Both the position numbers and the translations under genes were made by a program. A stretch of 64,000 bases of DNA from Harriotta raleighana (lineage: Eukaryota): NCBI GenBank assembly GCA_050575255.1, contig JBNZDD010013681.1:1927871-1991870 (forward strand). Reading direction: 5' to 3'. Position 1 is the first letter of the stretch. Each line of letters starts with the position of its first letter. Positions 13,951-27,970 of the stretch are shown here, piece by piece. The notes under the pieces are model-generated. The model saw nothing but the letters and a program-made list of their open reading frames with translations. It did not search any database and was not told the origin of the DNA.

Positions 13951-15035
13951 GAATTTCAGTCCTGTACAAACATACTGGGGGAGGAGTATCATCTTAACAT
14001 ATACAATGAATATTTCAGTAATTCAGATGGGGGGATTGGAGTGGGGATAGATTACTGTTCTGGCTTTGCCCACACTTCTATCTCAAGACATGGCAAAGCT
14101 GCAAAAAGCTCTTCATACCATTTATACTATCCAGTTTTATTCTGGATTGAATGTGATAAATGCTCCAGGCTATTTTTACAATGGTAATTCAATTACAACA
14201 CCATGAAGACCACTGCACTGTCTGTCAGCAGCACCTCAAACTTTACACGAATATTTATAGTCATACTGACAGCCATTAATGAATTTGCAGTTATTTCCAG
14301 TGACCTAGGCCTGAAAAGCATCTTTGACTTGAACATAGGGATTAAATAAACCCGATACTGCAGATGAACTCAACACTTCAATTGCTCCAGAAGAAACAAA
14401 TGCTTTGTGGTAATTTATTCCATTCTATTTCTGTAATTTTTTTTCTTCCCTCGTGTTTCTTTGTCATCCCTATGAACCAATGTAACATTCCTGAACCAAG
14501 AGAAAAGCAGCTGACTCCCAGGCGTGTGATAGGAGATGAATCTCAGTATGGATTAAGATAAATGCTTTGTGACTTTCCCTTCCTAACCTCTGCTTGGTGT
14601 GTCTGCTCCTCACAGCATAATCCAGATTGAGAAATCACTGTGTGGGGAATTCTAGGCATGAATAAATATTCCACCATATCACCAATGTCTCCTTCGCCTT
14701 AGCCAGTGTACCATTCAGCCAGCAGCATATCCTAGTGCCTTGGGATGTCTTTCCAATGTGAAAGGATCTTACAAATGTCATTTTGTAATGTGATATATAT
14801 GTCCTTTACTCACCTTAAAAGCAAGACCAAAACTCATTGGTGTTTAATTAGCTGAAGTGATTACTTTTGGTAATCTCTATCCGCAGTACATTTCATTAAA
14901 TAATCAGCTTTAATTTGTGGCCTTTTTTAATGGGATTTCTTGATAAGGAATCCAAATCTTGCAAATGGAGATTCCTCTCAGTAACTAGAAGTTTGTCAAC
15001 TTGTCGGAACTCAGCCGCAATGGAGACACAATGGA

Positions 15036-15315
15036 GGCCTGTAGCTCAATGGTTAGAGCAGTTGCCTTACAAGCGAGCAACCTGGACTTGATTCCAGGCA
15101 GGGCGAAACCTTGGGCAAGTTTCCTTACCCCACATACCCGATAACCCCTCCAAAAAAAAGCAATAATAAATTGGTCATTTCAATCCACAACTGTTTATGG
15201 AACACTGCTGTGTGTAATTGACTGCCGCATTTCACCCACAATTACAGTCAATTCAATTTGCAGTATTTTCTGTGAAGTGCTTTGAGACGTCTAGAGGACG
15301 TGAGAAGCATTATAT
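15036..15315 (+). mobile_element. Near full-length tRNA-headed DeuSINE-type SINE
   Basis: tRNA-like head GGCCTGTAGCTCAATGGTTAGAGC...CTTACAA...CTTGATTCCAGGCAGGGC with A/B-box-like motifs, then the Deu-like core and the GTGCTTTGAGACGTCTAGA tail. Sister copy at 43287. Confidence 0.88.
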
Positions 15316-17112
15316 GTGGGTCGATAAGAATTCTAAATGAAAAATTCTGTCTTAGAAGTTAAGCTAATTTTCAACCATTTAACATCTAATGCCTTTGGGC
15401 AATAGCAACTGATCCAAAACAAGGATCTGAGCAGCAGTAAACTGCTGTTAATCTGGATTTTAAAACAATGCAGGAAACAATGAATCAACGGTTGGCCAGC
15501 CAAGGACTGACTCCAGCCATTGCCAGGAGCAGAACAGCAACTGGACAATAAATTACTGGGTGAGCAACGAGTGATAAAAGTGCTGCTTTGTTCAGTCCTT
15601 ATCATCCCACCTGCTTTGAATAGACAAAAAGCAAGTAAAGACTCACATTTCCAGACACTGACCCCAATTAACATGACATATGCATATGGGTGGTGAGCTA
15701 TCACTGCCTGTTGGGTCACTCAGTGAAAAGCAGATTTACTGAGCTAAGACCTAGTAATCATTGGTCAGCATCAATAATGACCACACAAAAATGGTCACCC
15801 TTATAGTTTACATAATTTCCATTTGTGTAAATAACAAGTTATTGGAACACTAAACAGTCATTAGTTTTTACAATTCTGTACCTTTTCAAAGGGTTTCAAT
15901 CCTATCTACCAGCCTTCTCATCATACCCCTCCATCCCTTCTCACTCCAGAAAGATATACTGTTGCTCTTTGAACCATCAACATTGCCCACTTCAATGTCG
16001 TACTTCAGGAAATGTTTGTTACTCTTTGGGTAAAACTTTCTCTTCTTATTTCTAAATTCCAATTTGCTGTTTGAAAGTTAATAATATTCAGCTTTATAAC
16101 AAGATACACTGGAATGAGAGTGCAGTGGGAAGGTGGTTAAAAGTCCAATGATTGTGCCACAGAATGAGTTATTGTTGGGCTCTGATCCATGGGAGCCAGA
16201 GGAGCAACAATAACATGAATTTATATCATTCCCTTCACACAGAATGGCATCTCGGAGCCCTGGAAACAGGTAGCCAGTGACTATGGAGGTGCGTTTTTTA
16301 ACATCCTTCTCACACAGTCGTTGAAACTCTACAACAAGAGACCAGGAGAGAAACCAGAGCTAAGGTCAGGGCAGGAAAAGGGGAAAGAGAATTTACAAAA
16401 AATATTTGAAAGTAGAATGTGGATCAATATATTACAGCAATTGTAACTGTATTCTATAAACTACAATAAAAACACACAACAGAAACAGGTACTAAATCAA
16501 CCTATTTGATCATAGTTTTTCCACTCTAAAGCCCTGTACTACAGTAGCTCAATGTGGAAAGCATGCTACTTTAAGTATTAATAAGAATAATCCATACACT
16601 TGGGATTGTGACTTTCACATCAGGAGATCGTCCCAAAGCACCTCATAGTATATACTTTAAAGTGTAATGATTGTTTCATCTCCTGACATGAAATGCTCTA
16701 TACAAATGTAATTTTGTATTCTAACTGCAAAGTATGTGCAATGACTGTGTATTTTGTGGACAAACATTTAAAGGCTTTGAAATGTGATTTTATGCACGAG
16801 AAACAGGAGAGAACTACACAATCTGTAAGTGATAAGAGTGCATATTATCCTATGTATTGTAAAACGCCTTCCTCCTGCAGAGTGCAAATGGGGACCTGGT
16901 TCTGTGTGCAGATAAGACCGTCTTTGTGAAGGTTTTATCTGTGTAGAACCACCCTTTGTAGATCCAAACTTCTGAAGAAGAAACAGATGTTAAAATAAAA
17001 GCAAACTTTAGTCTCTATGTGACAGGACCCTACCAAGTCCTCACTTTTTAACAAAATAGTGATTGGATTCTGCAGAGCAAAGTGGTAGGATGTGAACAGA
17101 GGCGTGTGTAAG

Positions 17113-17290
17113 GCCCGTCACTGACATCACGTTTAATAAGTGCAATTTTTATAAATTAACTTTCTGCGGATGCGATGCCTCTTTAGACAGACCGCCTGCT
17201 CCGCCGGGCTGGGGAGAGCTCTGGTTTTCGCTATAGAGGTATGTAACATAGACAAGAGCACAGCTCAAATCCTTAAATCCTCCCATTTCG
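17113..17290. mobile_element. Internal fragment of the subfamily-C MITE, without TIRs
   Basis: Matches about 29552-29745 (CTGCTCCGCCGGG...GGGAGAGCTCTGGTTTT.GCTATAGAG.TATGTAA). Confidence 0.8.
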
Positions 17291-18000
17291 ATGATTTTTT
17301 TGCCTTTCTTTCGGGGGGCCCACAATACGAAGGGTCCATCGATGCAGACGTTAAAAACGCCTTTGGACATGAACTCATGCCCACAATTTCCCTGTTCTGC
17401 TGATGAAGCATTTGAGTTACGGCCATATTTGCTTTGTGTATGGAAGAAACAGAACACTTGAGATTCCCTGTTAGTGGCTCCTACATACAACATCTTCTGG
17501 CAGCCAATACAATGGTAGCAACAAGAAAGGCTTATCAGCTCATCATCTTCAGGATTGCTTGTGCTTTTGCAGAACTAATTGACATATTTGTTTCCAATAA
17601 AATTGGAGAGAGAGTAATTACCTTCATATTTTTCGCCTCACTTGCACTGACAAGTGACATAATAATGATCTTTGCATTTGATATAACACCCATCACGTCT
17701 TAGAAATGTCTCACAAAGCACTGGCAAGTGACTGTGTATTTTGTGGGTGAAATGTGCCAGCCAATTGTGCACAACAGTGTACCACAAACATGATCTTGAA
17801 GCCAAAATTGACATTCACATTGAAGCAATAATCACAAAATATATAGTGCGCAAGCGAAGGAATATAATGGATCTGCACTTATTGAAAACCAGTCACACTT
17901 CTGTACACAGAGATGCAAGTTCACAGAGGAAAGGGGGAGCAGGCTATCCCCAAGCTAGAATAGTTGTACTAAGACACATATTAGGATGTAGACGTCTTAC

Positions 18001-18142
18001 CCCATACTTGCACTGGCGCGAAGTGGTGCCATACTGGAACCGACATTGTTCGTCAGCATCATACACCTGGCCCGGTGCTACAGTCGGGTAAAGGAAATCA
18101 CGCTTTGGTGGCTCATTGTCCAGGCAAGTTCCACGTCCAGAA
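18001..18142 (-). CDS. ADAMTS6: ADAMTS6 internal coding exon (142 nt), end of metalloprotease domain and start of disintegrin-like domain
   Basis: Reads (D)[50 protein letters not shown] acceptor, GTAAGA donor. Phase matches both neighbours. Confidence 0.97.
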
Positions 18143-19309
18143 CTGTGATGGAATGAAGAATTTCAATGTTTGAAAGAACAACTTGTATCCTCAAAGAGGA
18201 ACATAGGAGTTACATCCCCAAGATAACTTGCAGGAAAGGAGAAATATGTACTAAAACATTAAGCATTCTAGCAAGCGGTTCATCTAGTTAGATACACTTG
18301 GCAAAAGAAGCAAATATTGACATTTGGAATGTAGTCTTTTGTTTCTTATCATATTCCTCTTAATTTATACAGATTGCAAATGTTCATACATGGCTATTTC
18401 ATACATGGATATCTACAGCATATTATTCCTAAAGTGCAGTAACACTTAGCAATGTAAAGTCATAAAAGTGACCAATATGCTCTTGCAGACACCATATAAA
18501 TATATATATGTATATATATATACACCACTGAGCCATTATCACTCATTACGGTATCAAAAACAGTAAACTGAAGATTTTAAATGTTATATATCCTTTGAAA
18601 TCAGACACCAATAAGGCAGTGGAAGGATTAATCTAATCACATGATCCAAGTGATGGTTTATATACTGTTCAAGATTTGTTTCTTCACTTTATAACACTAT
18701 AAACATTTTTATGTTAATACAAGGAGTGACAGGAATACACCATTGAAATTTGAGGTATAGAGAAAGTATTGACATCATCAGCATCTCAGAAACATGTCTG
18801 AGAGAGGAAGATGGCCATGAGATGGAGCTAAGTGGGTATAAAATATTTTAGAGGCTCAGTAAATTAGATACAGTCAATTCTCCTTACAGTATACTCGGTG
18901 AAGAGCTTTGAGACGTCTAAATCAAATGCTATATCAAATGCAAGGATTATTATTATTATAATGCAGATGTCCTGTGATATTGCAATTTCATCTTCCAGCA
19001 CAGAGTGTTCAACTTTATGGCAGGGAGGCAGGAAGTGAGCAGGAAGCCAGCTGGTCAAGTAGTGACCTGATAATGTGCAAGCAAGGCCATTATTTTTACA
19101 GACCATTATAACATAGTATAAAAGAGGTCACCCATAATATGTTGAAAGGAAGATGTAACCACTGAAGGAGATATAACTCAAATAATCTGGAGAAATATTT
19201 GGCAATAAGGGCAATAAAACAGCAAACCAAGGAAGAAACGTTATCCTATTAACCACAAAAACTTAGCAATGAGCAGATTATAGGTCAAGTTAGTTTCATG
19301 CATGTAATA

Positions 19310-19600
19310 ATATCAATTTTTGCTTTTGATATAATGCTTTTCATGTCTGCTAGACGTCTCAAAGCATTTCATAGAAAGTATTATAAAGTGAATTGACTGT
19401 ATATTTTGTGAGCGAAACGAGGCAGCCAATTGTGCATAACAGTGTTCCACAAACAGTCGTGGACTGAAATGACTACAAATGAAGTGACCAATTTATTACT
19501 GTTTTTCTTTGCTTTAGGAATTATTATCAGGTGTGTGTAGAAAGGGAACTTGCCCAAGGTTTCGCCCTTTCCCCAGGTTTCGCCCTGGCAGGAATCATAC
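19310..19600 (-). mobile_element. tRNA-headed DeuSINE-type SINE, minus orientation (a second partial copy follows at about 19670-19830)
   Basis: Reverse complement of tail, core and the CCAGGGCGAAACCTTGGGCAAGTT segment seen at 15036-15315. Confidence 0.8.
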
Positions 19601-21519
19601 TCAGTTGTCTCATAGTCAGGAAAATAATTGACAAAATTCATCATGATACTAATGTTCATTGAGCCATTAAACCTTGTATTCGATACAGCACTTTATCACA
19701 TAGTTGAGATGTCTCACAGTGCTTTCCAGATTATCCTGGAAACTGAATTGACTACGTATTTTGTGGGCGAAATCCAGCAACCAATTGTACACAGCAGTGC
19801 CTCACAAACACAGTCATGGATTGAGTGACCACAAGTGATGCAGATAAAATCAGCTTACTTGACCTAGCCAGTGAGAGCATATCTATGGGCATGGGTTGAA
19901 AAGGAAATCAATGCAAGATTATATTTTAGAAGCATGTTTTTCCCTAAGGTGTGGATAAGTGGGGTGGACTCCCAACAAATGCAGTTAATTTAACTTCTGC
20001 AAAAATAAAACTGGACAAACAGCTACTTGAGGATCTATTTAAGATCAACAGATACTCAACGAGACACAATAACTTGGGATCATAGAAACAGATATAGGTC
20101 AATGTGCCCATCAAGCTGGGCACACTGACCTAAACTCTTTACTTCACAATTGTATTTTCTTTTGCATTTCCACTTTTATACTGCTGGAGCACAGAGATGG
20201 AGAAATATTGTCTGTGGAATGAAGGAGACTGTGGTTGGATATTTAAGAGTTTTTGCTTGATTATTATGGTTCTGGCAGTATCTATGCAATGCTTTCCCTG
20301 GGTGGTGAATAAAGTCCATAACAGAGTAGGTTTGCATGGCTGCAATGGATTTGGCTGGAAGAGCTTAATCGCCTTTCATCATTCCATGCTTTGTTATGTT
20401 CTCAAATTCTTATGTAAAATCTTGATCAATTTGCTACCTTAAAAGGTCTGGCTATCCATTTTTTCAGCTATAATATTAAATTAACCAATTTCTTATCAAC
20501 CACTAATTATATTTGATTTTATTAGATGCCATTATCGCATCACATTTCAATGTTTATTTCATTTGTTGGTGAATTTAGAATGGCTTTATAATCAACGTAT
20601 GTCAGCTTATTTAAAATATGCTCTACAACAGTACTAAATATTATTAACTTGTGTGGCATTGAAATAATATACCCTAGAAAACTCAATCCACTTAACATCC
20701 ACATAATCTCCAGCCTGAATAGGGGCAGGAACTAAAAGAACATTTGGAACAATGTTTCAGGCTGTATAGAACATAATCTTAATTCAGACCGAAAGGTTCC
20801 TTTATTTGTTTTCTGTCAAAACATAGCTACATCTGGTTGTATGATTAAAAGTAAGACAAGGAGAAACACACAGTTGTACTGTGATACACAAGACAAAGCA
20901 ACTCAGACTAGACTACAGATTTCTGCAACATGATTCCTGCCCCATCCCCCACAATATAACAGGTATGACTAATGTTACCAAAGGTCAGACATCTACCAAG
21001 GATATATGAAGTTACTTTTGTGTTAGCAGAAAACCCTCACAGCAACATGTGGGACAGGTCAAAGGTCTTGTGTCTCCTGTGCACGGGCACTATGTAACTT
21101 CCTCAGCCAGTCTCTTAATTTGTGGCAAAGCCTTTGTCAAAATGGACATAAGCTCTACAGAAGAACAGGAAAAAGGCTACAAATGCAAAGCTGGTTCATA
21201 TTCAAATGTTCCATTTATTTAATGTTGGAAGTATTATTCAATACTATTAATAATACCTAATACTAATAATACTACAGAAGGGAGTTTCTCCCAGTATTCT
21301 GGCTGGCAAACCCCCAGCTAAAATTGTTCATTCACTTCATAGGTGTTTGGCAGACATTGCTATTACAAATTGGCTGCCCTGTTTGCCTATGGTCATTACA
21401 CTCTAGAGAAAAGTTCTCCTGATGTGAAAGAACCAATATCAAAACCCCCAATTATTTATTTTATTTAATACTTGCGTTTGCTGTTGCCCTTTATCCAAGG
21501 AATCCCTGGCTGTCAAGCG

Positions 21520-21885
21520 TATTGGTAGATAAATTGACAGCATTCTAACCTCTGAATCAGAAGGCTGTGGATTCAAGCCCAAGTTGGGACTTTGAGCTTG
21601 CAGTTTAGTGTGACACTCAAGTGTAGAGCTGGGAGAGGTGCTACATTGTCAAAGGTGCCTTTTGATGAGATGTTAAACTGAGGTCAGGTGGATGTTAAAG
21701 ATCTCAAGATACTATTGGAAAAAGCATTTGAGTTTCTTCCAGTGTCCTGGCCAACAGGATGAAATCCAGATGAAATCGATCATTCCCTTCATAGCTGTTT
21801 GTGGGAAATTATTATGTATAAATTGGCTGTTGTGTTTGATTACAAAATATAGTCACCATAGTAAATCAAATGCAAAGATTATTGT
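21520..21885 (+). mobile_element. Older long DeuSINE (SacSINE1/AmnSINE1-like)
   Basis: Head CCTCTGAATCAGAAGGCTGTGGATTCAAGCCC, then GATGAGATGTTAAACTGAGG...CAGGTGGATGTTAAAGATC...GTGTCCTGGCCAA...GCTGTTTGTGGGA. This resembles my recollection of the shark SacSINE1 consensus. Confidence 0.75.
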
Positions 21886-22969
21886 GTTCATCACAATGAA
21901 ATATCTCGAAGCACTTCACACAATGAGCTCGGTTAAAGTGCAGTGATTGTTGTTATGCAGACAAACGTGACCACTCATTTGTCCAGCAACATTCTCTCAT
22001 CAGCAATCATATAAAATGACCAGATTAACTAAAGGGGAGTTGATTGACGGAAGAATATTGGCCAAGAGAAAGTTGATGTAAGACTTTAGGACCTATTTCG
22101 AGGGGAGTATAAGTCTACCCATGCAACAAACTAATTAACTCTAGAGGGGCTCTGTCCTACCAATTTTCAGGTCAAGTACAAATCCATTTATTTAAATACG
22201 ATGAGACACCATTTATCCGAATAGTTGAGGAAACACCCTACTTTGGAAAAGTGGGAAATCTGAATAATTTGATGTATTTTTTGTACTGTGCTGCATTCAT
22301 TCAGGGCAGAAAATATTGCAAGTTTTATGGAACTTCTGTAAAAGTGTATGAAAACACAAAGCGCGCAGGATGCTTGAACAACAGGGTTAAATTGGTGAAA
22401 TGGGATACATGGACTTCAAACAGGATCCGTGTTACATTTAACTTCACTATAAGTAGGTATTTCAATAAGAAGAATGATGTGCATTGCCAGCAGTATGGTT
22501 TTGTGGAGATATCTGGTCAGCAAATATTTTCTGGACTAAATGATAGTATTTGGCAACAAAAAAACCTCATTAAATTCTGTCTCAGACTGCAGTTATACAC
22601 ACAGTTGGAGTCTGGCCCACTGAGGATAATGCTCCATGTACAATTTTTAAAAAAACTTTTGGGTAACTGGATTGGGGTTAAGGCAGCTTTCAGCTTCTCT
22701 AAAAGTACACAAGATTAGAAATTCAGAAACAAGCAGTTTTTATTCCACCCTGTCTCCAATTTACATAAAACGCCCATAAGTGGAGCAAATGATTGCTGCT
22801 CTTGTGAGTATATATTGTAAAATGTCATACTGGGTGGGTGCTCTAACAAATGTCCAAAAATGGAACAGCAAACAAACAAACCACCCAACCTAAAATAGGC
22901 TCCTAAAGTATTTATGCAATTTCACAAGTCATCACAAGAGTATCAGTCATCGGTAGCATAAGCATCTAA

Positions 22970-23690
22970 GTACAAGCATGAGAGTGACAATGTGGGAGTG
23001 CAAGATAACCCCATGTGTTAAGTATAGAGACAATATAAGTGCAATTATATTACGATTGCTGGAGTGTCAATACAAGTGTAGAATGCGAAAGTGTTGGTAA
23101 GAGTGACAATAATAATGTTTCTTACATTGTTATATCGCCTTTCATGCTAGGAAAATGATCAAAAGTGCTTCAAAGATTACAATGTGGAGTATAGTTCACT
23201 GGGTGTTTTAATATTAAATAATCCTTGCATTTGTGGGAGAACGTGGGAAAACAATGCGAGAGTATGAATGACCAAACAAGTGGAGGAGTAGTATTGAGCA
23301 TGTGGGAGTGACAACACGTGCACTGGTTTTGGGGTGGAAGTTAAAGTCTAGCGTAGGCCTGAGATTGCATGTGCAGGAGTGACACTATAAATACAGGAAT
23401 GATAGTGCAGGTGTGAGAATAGCGATAGTACAAGTGTGAGAATGGTGACTGAGCAGGTGTGGGAAGTGTCTGCCAATGTTAGAATCGTGACAGCCAAGTG
23501 AAAGAGCAACTGTGAGATTGCAAGATTAGAGACAGTGTTAGTGAGTCCAAGTATGGGAATCATGATAGTGCAAGCGCAGGAGTCATAGTGGTAGTGCAAG
23601 TATGGGAATTCTGACATTAAAAGTGCAAGAGCAACAGAGCTGACAATGCGTACGCAGGAATATTGACAATGTGAGAGTGATGATGGTGCG
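22970..23690. repeat. Degenerate minisatellite (GTGCAAGTGTGGGAATAGTGACA-like units)
   Basis: Repeated gtgcaag / tgtggga / gtgaca motifs, clearest at 23370-23690 and recurring at 23990-24080. Confidence 0.6.
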
Positions 23691-25430
23691 TGTTTTAGTC
23701 AGCTGAGTGTCTTGACACCTGTGTAAACCTATTCACCCACACTTACGAGTATTAAAGTATTCCATGCCACCTCAATGTGACAATTCCTGTCTGGAAAGGT
23801 ATATGCACTCTCACCACAAGAACATTCCCTTCTTACCTAATTTACCAAGGCTTGGGGACCCCTGAGTGTACGTTGGGGTTCTGATGAAGTTTAATCAGAT
23901 GAAACCACATGGCTTGGCATCGAATGCATTGTCTGGCAAACTTCCCACAGTGAGTCCAGCTAGGACCCTCTCGTGTTAAGACTTGATTAGTATAAGTGCA
24001 AGAGTAACATTGCAAGTGTGGGAATAAGGGATAGTGAAAGGGTAGAAGAGACAGTACAAGTGTAGGAGAGACAGTAAGAATGCTAGGGATAGAAAAATTG
24101 TGCAACCACACATTCATCAATAATTTAATTAGAATGTAGCAGACCGAGGAATACAAACTGTTTCTCTACCCACAATAAATATCTCATAAATATTGCTGAC
24201 TGAGACACAGTTTGGTTCATTGCAAACATTGTAGAGGTTGCATCCCACGATTTTCCCTTAGTCCCAAGACTGTATCTTCATTAGTCATGTTTATATATGA
24301 CAGCAATGTGAAGCATGAACCAAAACCAACATGAACAAAGCCGCCTAAATTGTTTCGGTTGCATCTGCTTTATCTGCTAATAAGTGATCACTATTTAATG
24401 TTGTCAGTATCGGCTGTATATTTGCTGTATCTGCAAAGAAGTGATCACTATTTAATGTGTATCTTTAATATGAAGGCCAAGTTAGAAAAAGGACATTAAA
24501 CTAAAAGAGATTTCTCAGAATGTTTGGCTCTTGCAAGTCTGTGCTTTGTTTTCATTAGCAACGTCCTTTAAATTCTTTTAAACAATTCTTTAAACATGTT
24601 TGAAAACACAACCAAAAATCTGTGCTGATGGAAACAGAAATAAATTCAAAGCTATTGATAACCTGTATTCTTTTTTAAATGTCAAGAACAATAACTTGGA
24701 TTGAATAGTGCCTTTCATGCAGGGGAGCTCTCTAGAGCGCTTAAAAGTGGCAGAGCACAATTTGAAACTGGCGGAGGTGACTGTAGGCACGATTGCATAG
24801 GAAGGACTTCAAACACAACCTGAGGATGAGGAATTTAGGTGCAAGGCGGAGGGAGAGAGGAAGAGTGTTACAGAATTTCAGGGCACCATGTCTGAAAATG
24901 CAGTCACCAATGGTGGAGCAGAGGGCACGAGGGATGTGTAGAAGGTTGGAGCCAGTTGAGCGGAGACACTGGGTTCTAACGGGTTAGTGAAAACGAATGG
25001 CTGCCAGTCTTGTTTCCAAGGCTCAGGTCCACAGTCACGTCACTTCCACCTTCTGGAGTGGACTGGTCGACTTCTTACGAATGTGCAAAGTAAACAGGAA
25101 GCCGTCCATGAGGCTGTGATCTCTCTTACAGCCATTTCTAACACTTCCGCTAACTGCGGGTCCACAGGAGACCTGGGTTATAAGTACTCTGAGCACTTCA
25201 CAATGGGTATGCCATGTCGTGAATAACATTCAAATATGTGACATATCCATTACATCCAACAAAATCCATGCACAATAAATACACAATCTATAATAAAGCT
25301 GTCAGTGAGCTGCAAGTTTCGATAACATCAATTGAAGGTATATTAATTTGTGGGGGCGGAGGGAAAAAAACAGTCAACTTACTTTCTTCGTGAAACTGGT
25401 AATCTAATTTAACATGCTACTGGGTACTTA

Positions 25431-25628
<198 letters not shown>

Positions 25629-27469
25629 CTATCATGCCACTGTCTGACTTTCAAAGCATTCAGTTTCTTAATACACATCACCATTCTGAGGGCAGGAAAG
25701 CTGTGAATTGCCTTGATTAAATGAGCTGATGGTGCACATTTATTCCTAAACAGTTATAGCACTTCTCTTTTCTTTCCTATCAATATATTTTAGGCTTTTT
25801 AATAGACTTTCTGCCCTTTACAGTTTCACTTCCAATTCAGGTTTTGATTAAAATCCCTGAAATCGTAAATGATATACAGCGAGTGCAGTATCAGGAAAAT
25901 AATCAGTCAATTCTGAATGTAAGGAAAACCGCAGGAGTTACATAAAGTGAATGTTACTTGTATGGATTCCATGGAACCAAACTACACTATTCCTGAACAC
26001 AATCCATTCTTCAATTTACATTATTCCTTATTTAAGGACCTGATTATGGACTCACTGAAAATTGGGATACAGACCTGTGTTTAACTATCAATCAGTTAAG
26101 GATCAAAAATCTCTATCCTAATTTGAACAGAATAGTTTAGACCAAAGCGTCTTTTCAAATAATTATTACATACAATTTAACACAAAATTTAAATGCTCAA
26201 GATTGCCATATAGCAATTAAACTATTTTTTAAATGCATTACATAATATAGTGATTATTTTAATATCCTCCACAGAGTTAATACCCTCTCCTCAGTTCTTG
26301 CAAATAGCAAGAACATATAGAGACTACTCCATAACAACAACAAACCACAAAATTACATTTGGAAAGCACCTTTCACTTTGGGAGGACATCTAATAACCAT
26401 TAGATACACCGGCAGAAAATGCCTGAATCCACATTTCGCTGAAGAACACCAATTAAACTTTAACAAAAATAAAAAGAACTTGAGGCTGGTTTCACTGAAA
26501 CTATTGCTTTACAACAAAGAAAAGAATCATCTTGGAAAATAACAGTGGGATCAAGGCAAAGGTCAGTGATAGAGGAAAAACAATGATCTAGACAGCTGAG
26601 GAGAGCAGTAGCTGGCAGATGGAGTTTCTGCACAGTGGGATGCGTGACATTGACCCAGTGATCTAGGTATCCAGAGTGACAGGACCCAAGCAAGTATAAA
26701 TAATGGAAATAGTATTGCATTGTAAAGTGCTCCATTGTATTGCAATGGCTGCTGCACTTGCTTATCTCTACATTTAAACTCTCCTTCCTTCTCTTGCTGC
26801 TACCCTTTTTGTTTTACTATTGGACACAGGGTTCCTTTCATTCCAATCATAAAATCATGAAAATTAATTTAAGTCATGGACATTTTAAGTAAAAGAAAGT
26901 GAAGAAACGGGCTGAGTTTTTATTCTGCAGTGGATAAAGAAACTTAAGATCATAATCATAAGGTTGTCTCAAGCTATTGAGAAGAGGAGCACTTTGACGT
27001 GACTTGGTAGGGCCAGTACCCCCAACACTGGAGCACTGGATGTTCAAACAGGAGCCTGATTTAAAATCATTTTCGCAAATGACATCTTTCTTCAGACTTC
27101 TTCTAGGCATAATCCCGCCTGTCTTGAACATACATTTATAGAGTGCCTTTTCACATAGGGAAGAAGTCCCAAGATAATTCAAGCAAAGGAATACATTTCA
27201 GACCTTGCATCCTACATTAACTAGTTGCATTTCTTTGCCAGACACTCTCAGGTAACAGCAGTTCAGAAACCATCATGTTCCATATCTAATCTTCCTCCAT
27301 AGCAAAGATCTTGATAACTTTATTCCTGTTTCCTTAATTCCTACCCCCAAATCAAGCGAGCTGCATCATTAAAGGTGCTAATCAATACATGAAGAAGTTG
27401 AGGATGAACTGGTATCTTATAGCACCTGTAATATCAAAAAGTTTCAAATATATCCCAGTAATACCGCTA

Positions 27470-27710
27470 CTTGTTGTTCGAATTTGGAATGATCTGCCTG
27501 AAAGGGTAGTGAGGTCTGATTCGATAGCAGCTTTTAAGAGCGAACTGGATAGGTATCTGGGGAAGACTGGTTTGCAGGGTTATGGGGAGAAAGCTGGTGA
27601 TTGGGGTTAATGAAAGTGACATTGCTCTGTCAAAGAGCCGGCACAGACTCGATGGGCCGAATGGCCTCCTTCTGTGCCGTAACCTTCTATGAATCTTCTA
27701 TGAATCTATG
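27470..27710 (+). mobile_element. CR1-clade LINE 3' end
   Basis: VVRIWNDLPERVVRSDSIAAFKSELDRYL (CR1 ORF2 C-terminus), 3' UTR GATGGGCCGAATGGCCTCCTTCTGTGC and a (TTCTATGAA)n-like tail. Confidence 0.9.
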
Positions 27711-27714
27711 ACTA

Positions 27715-27970
27715 TTTGTGTGGACAAAAGTGGCAGTCACTTTGCACATATCCACAAACGGTGAAATGAATGACCATTTTAATCCTGAATGATCGTTAGC
27801 TATGACACCAGGAGTATCTCACTCCTCTTTCCAATAGTGTCATGAAATCTTTAATATCCACCTGAAGCAATGACAGATGGTATCTTTATTTAACACCTCA
27901 TCTGCAAGATGGGATCTCCATCAATGCAACACTTCTCCATTCCTACATTGGAAGTGTTACCCTGGACTGT
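27715..27970 (-). mobile_element. Degraded SacSINE1-like DeuSINE
   Basis: Reverse-complement similarity to 21600-21830 (ATCTTTAATATCCACCTGA, TTTAACACCTCATC). Confidence 0.6.

Noticed and set aside
15036-15107. Possible tRNA-Val(TAC) gene (also at 43287)
   Set aside because: Degenerate B box and stems, no poly-T terminator, and it continues straight into the SINE core and tail in multiple copies.
24361-24460. Short direct repeat AAGTGATCACTATTTAATGT with a palindromic core
   Set aside because: Two copies only; consistent with an ordinary local slippage duplication.
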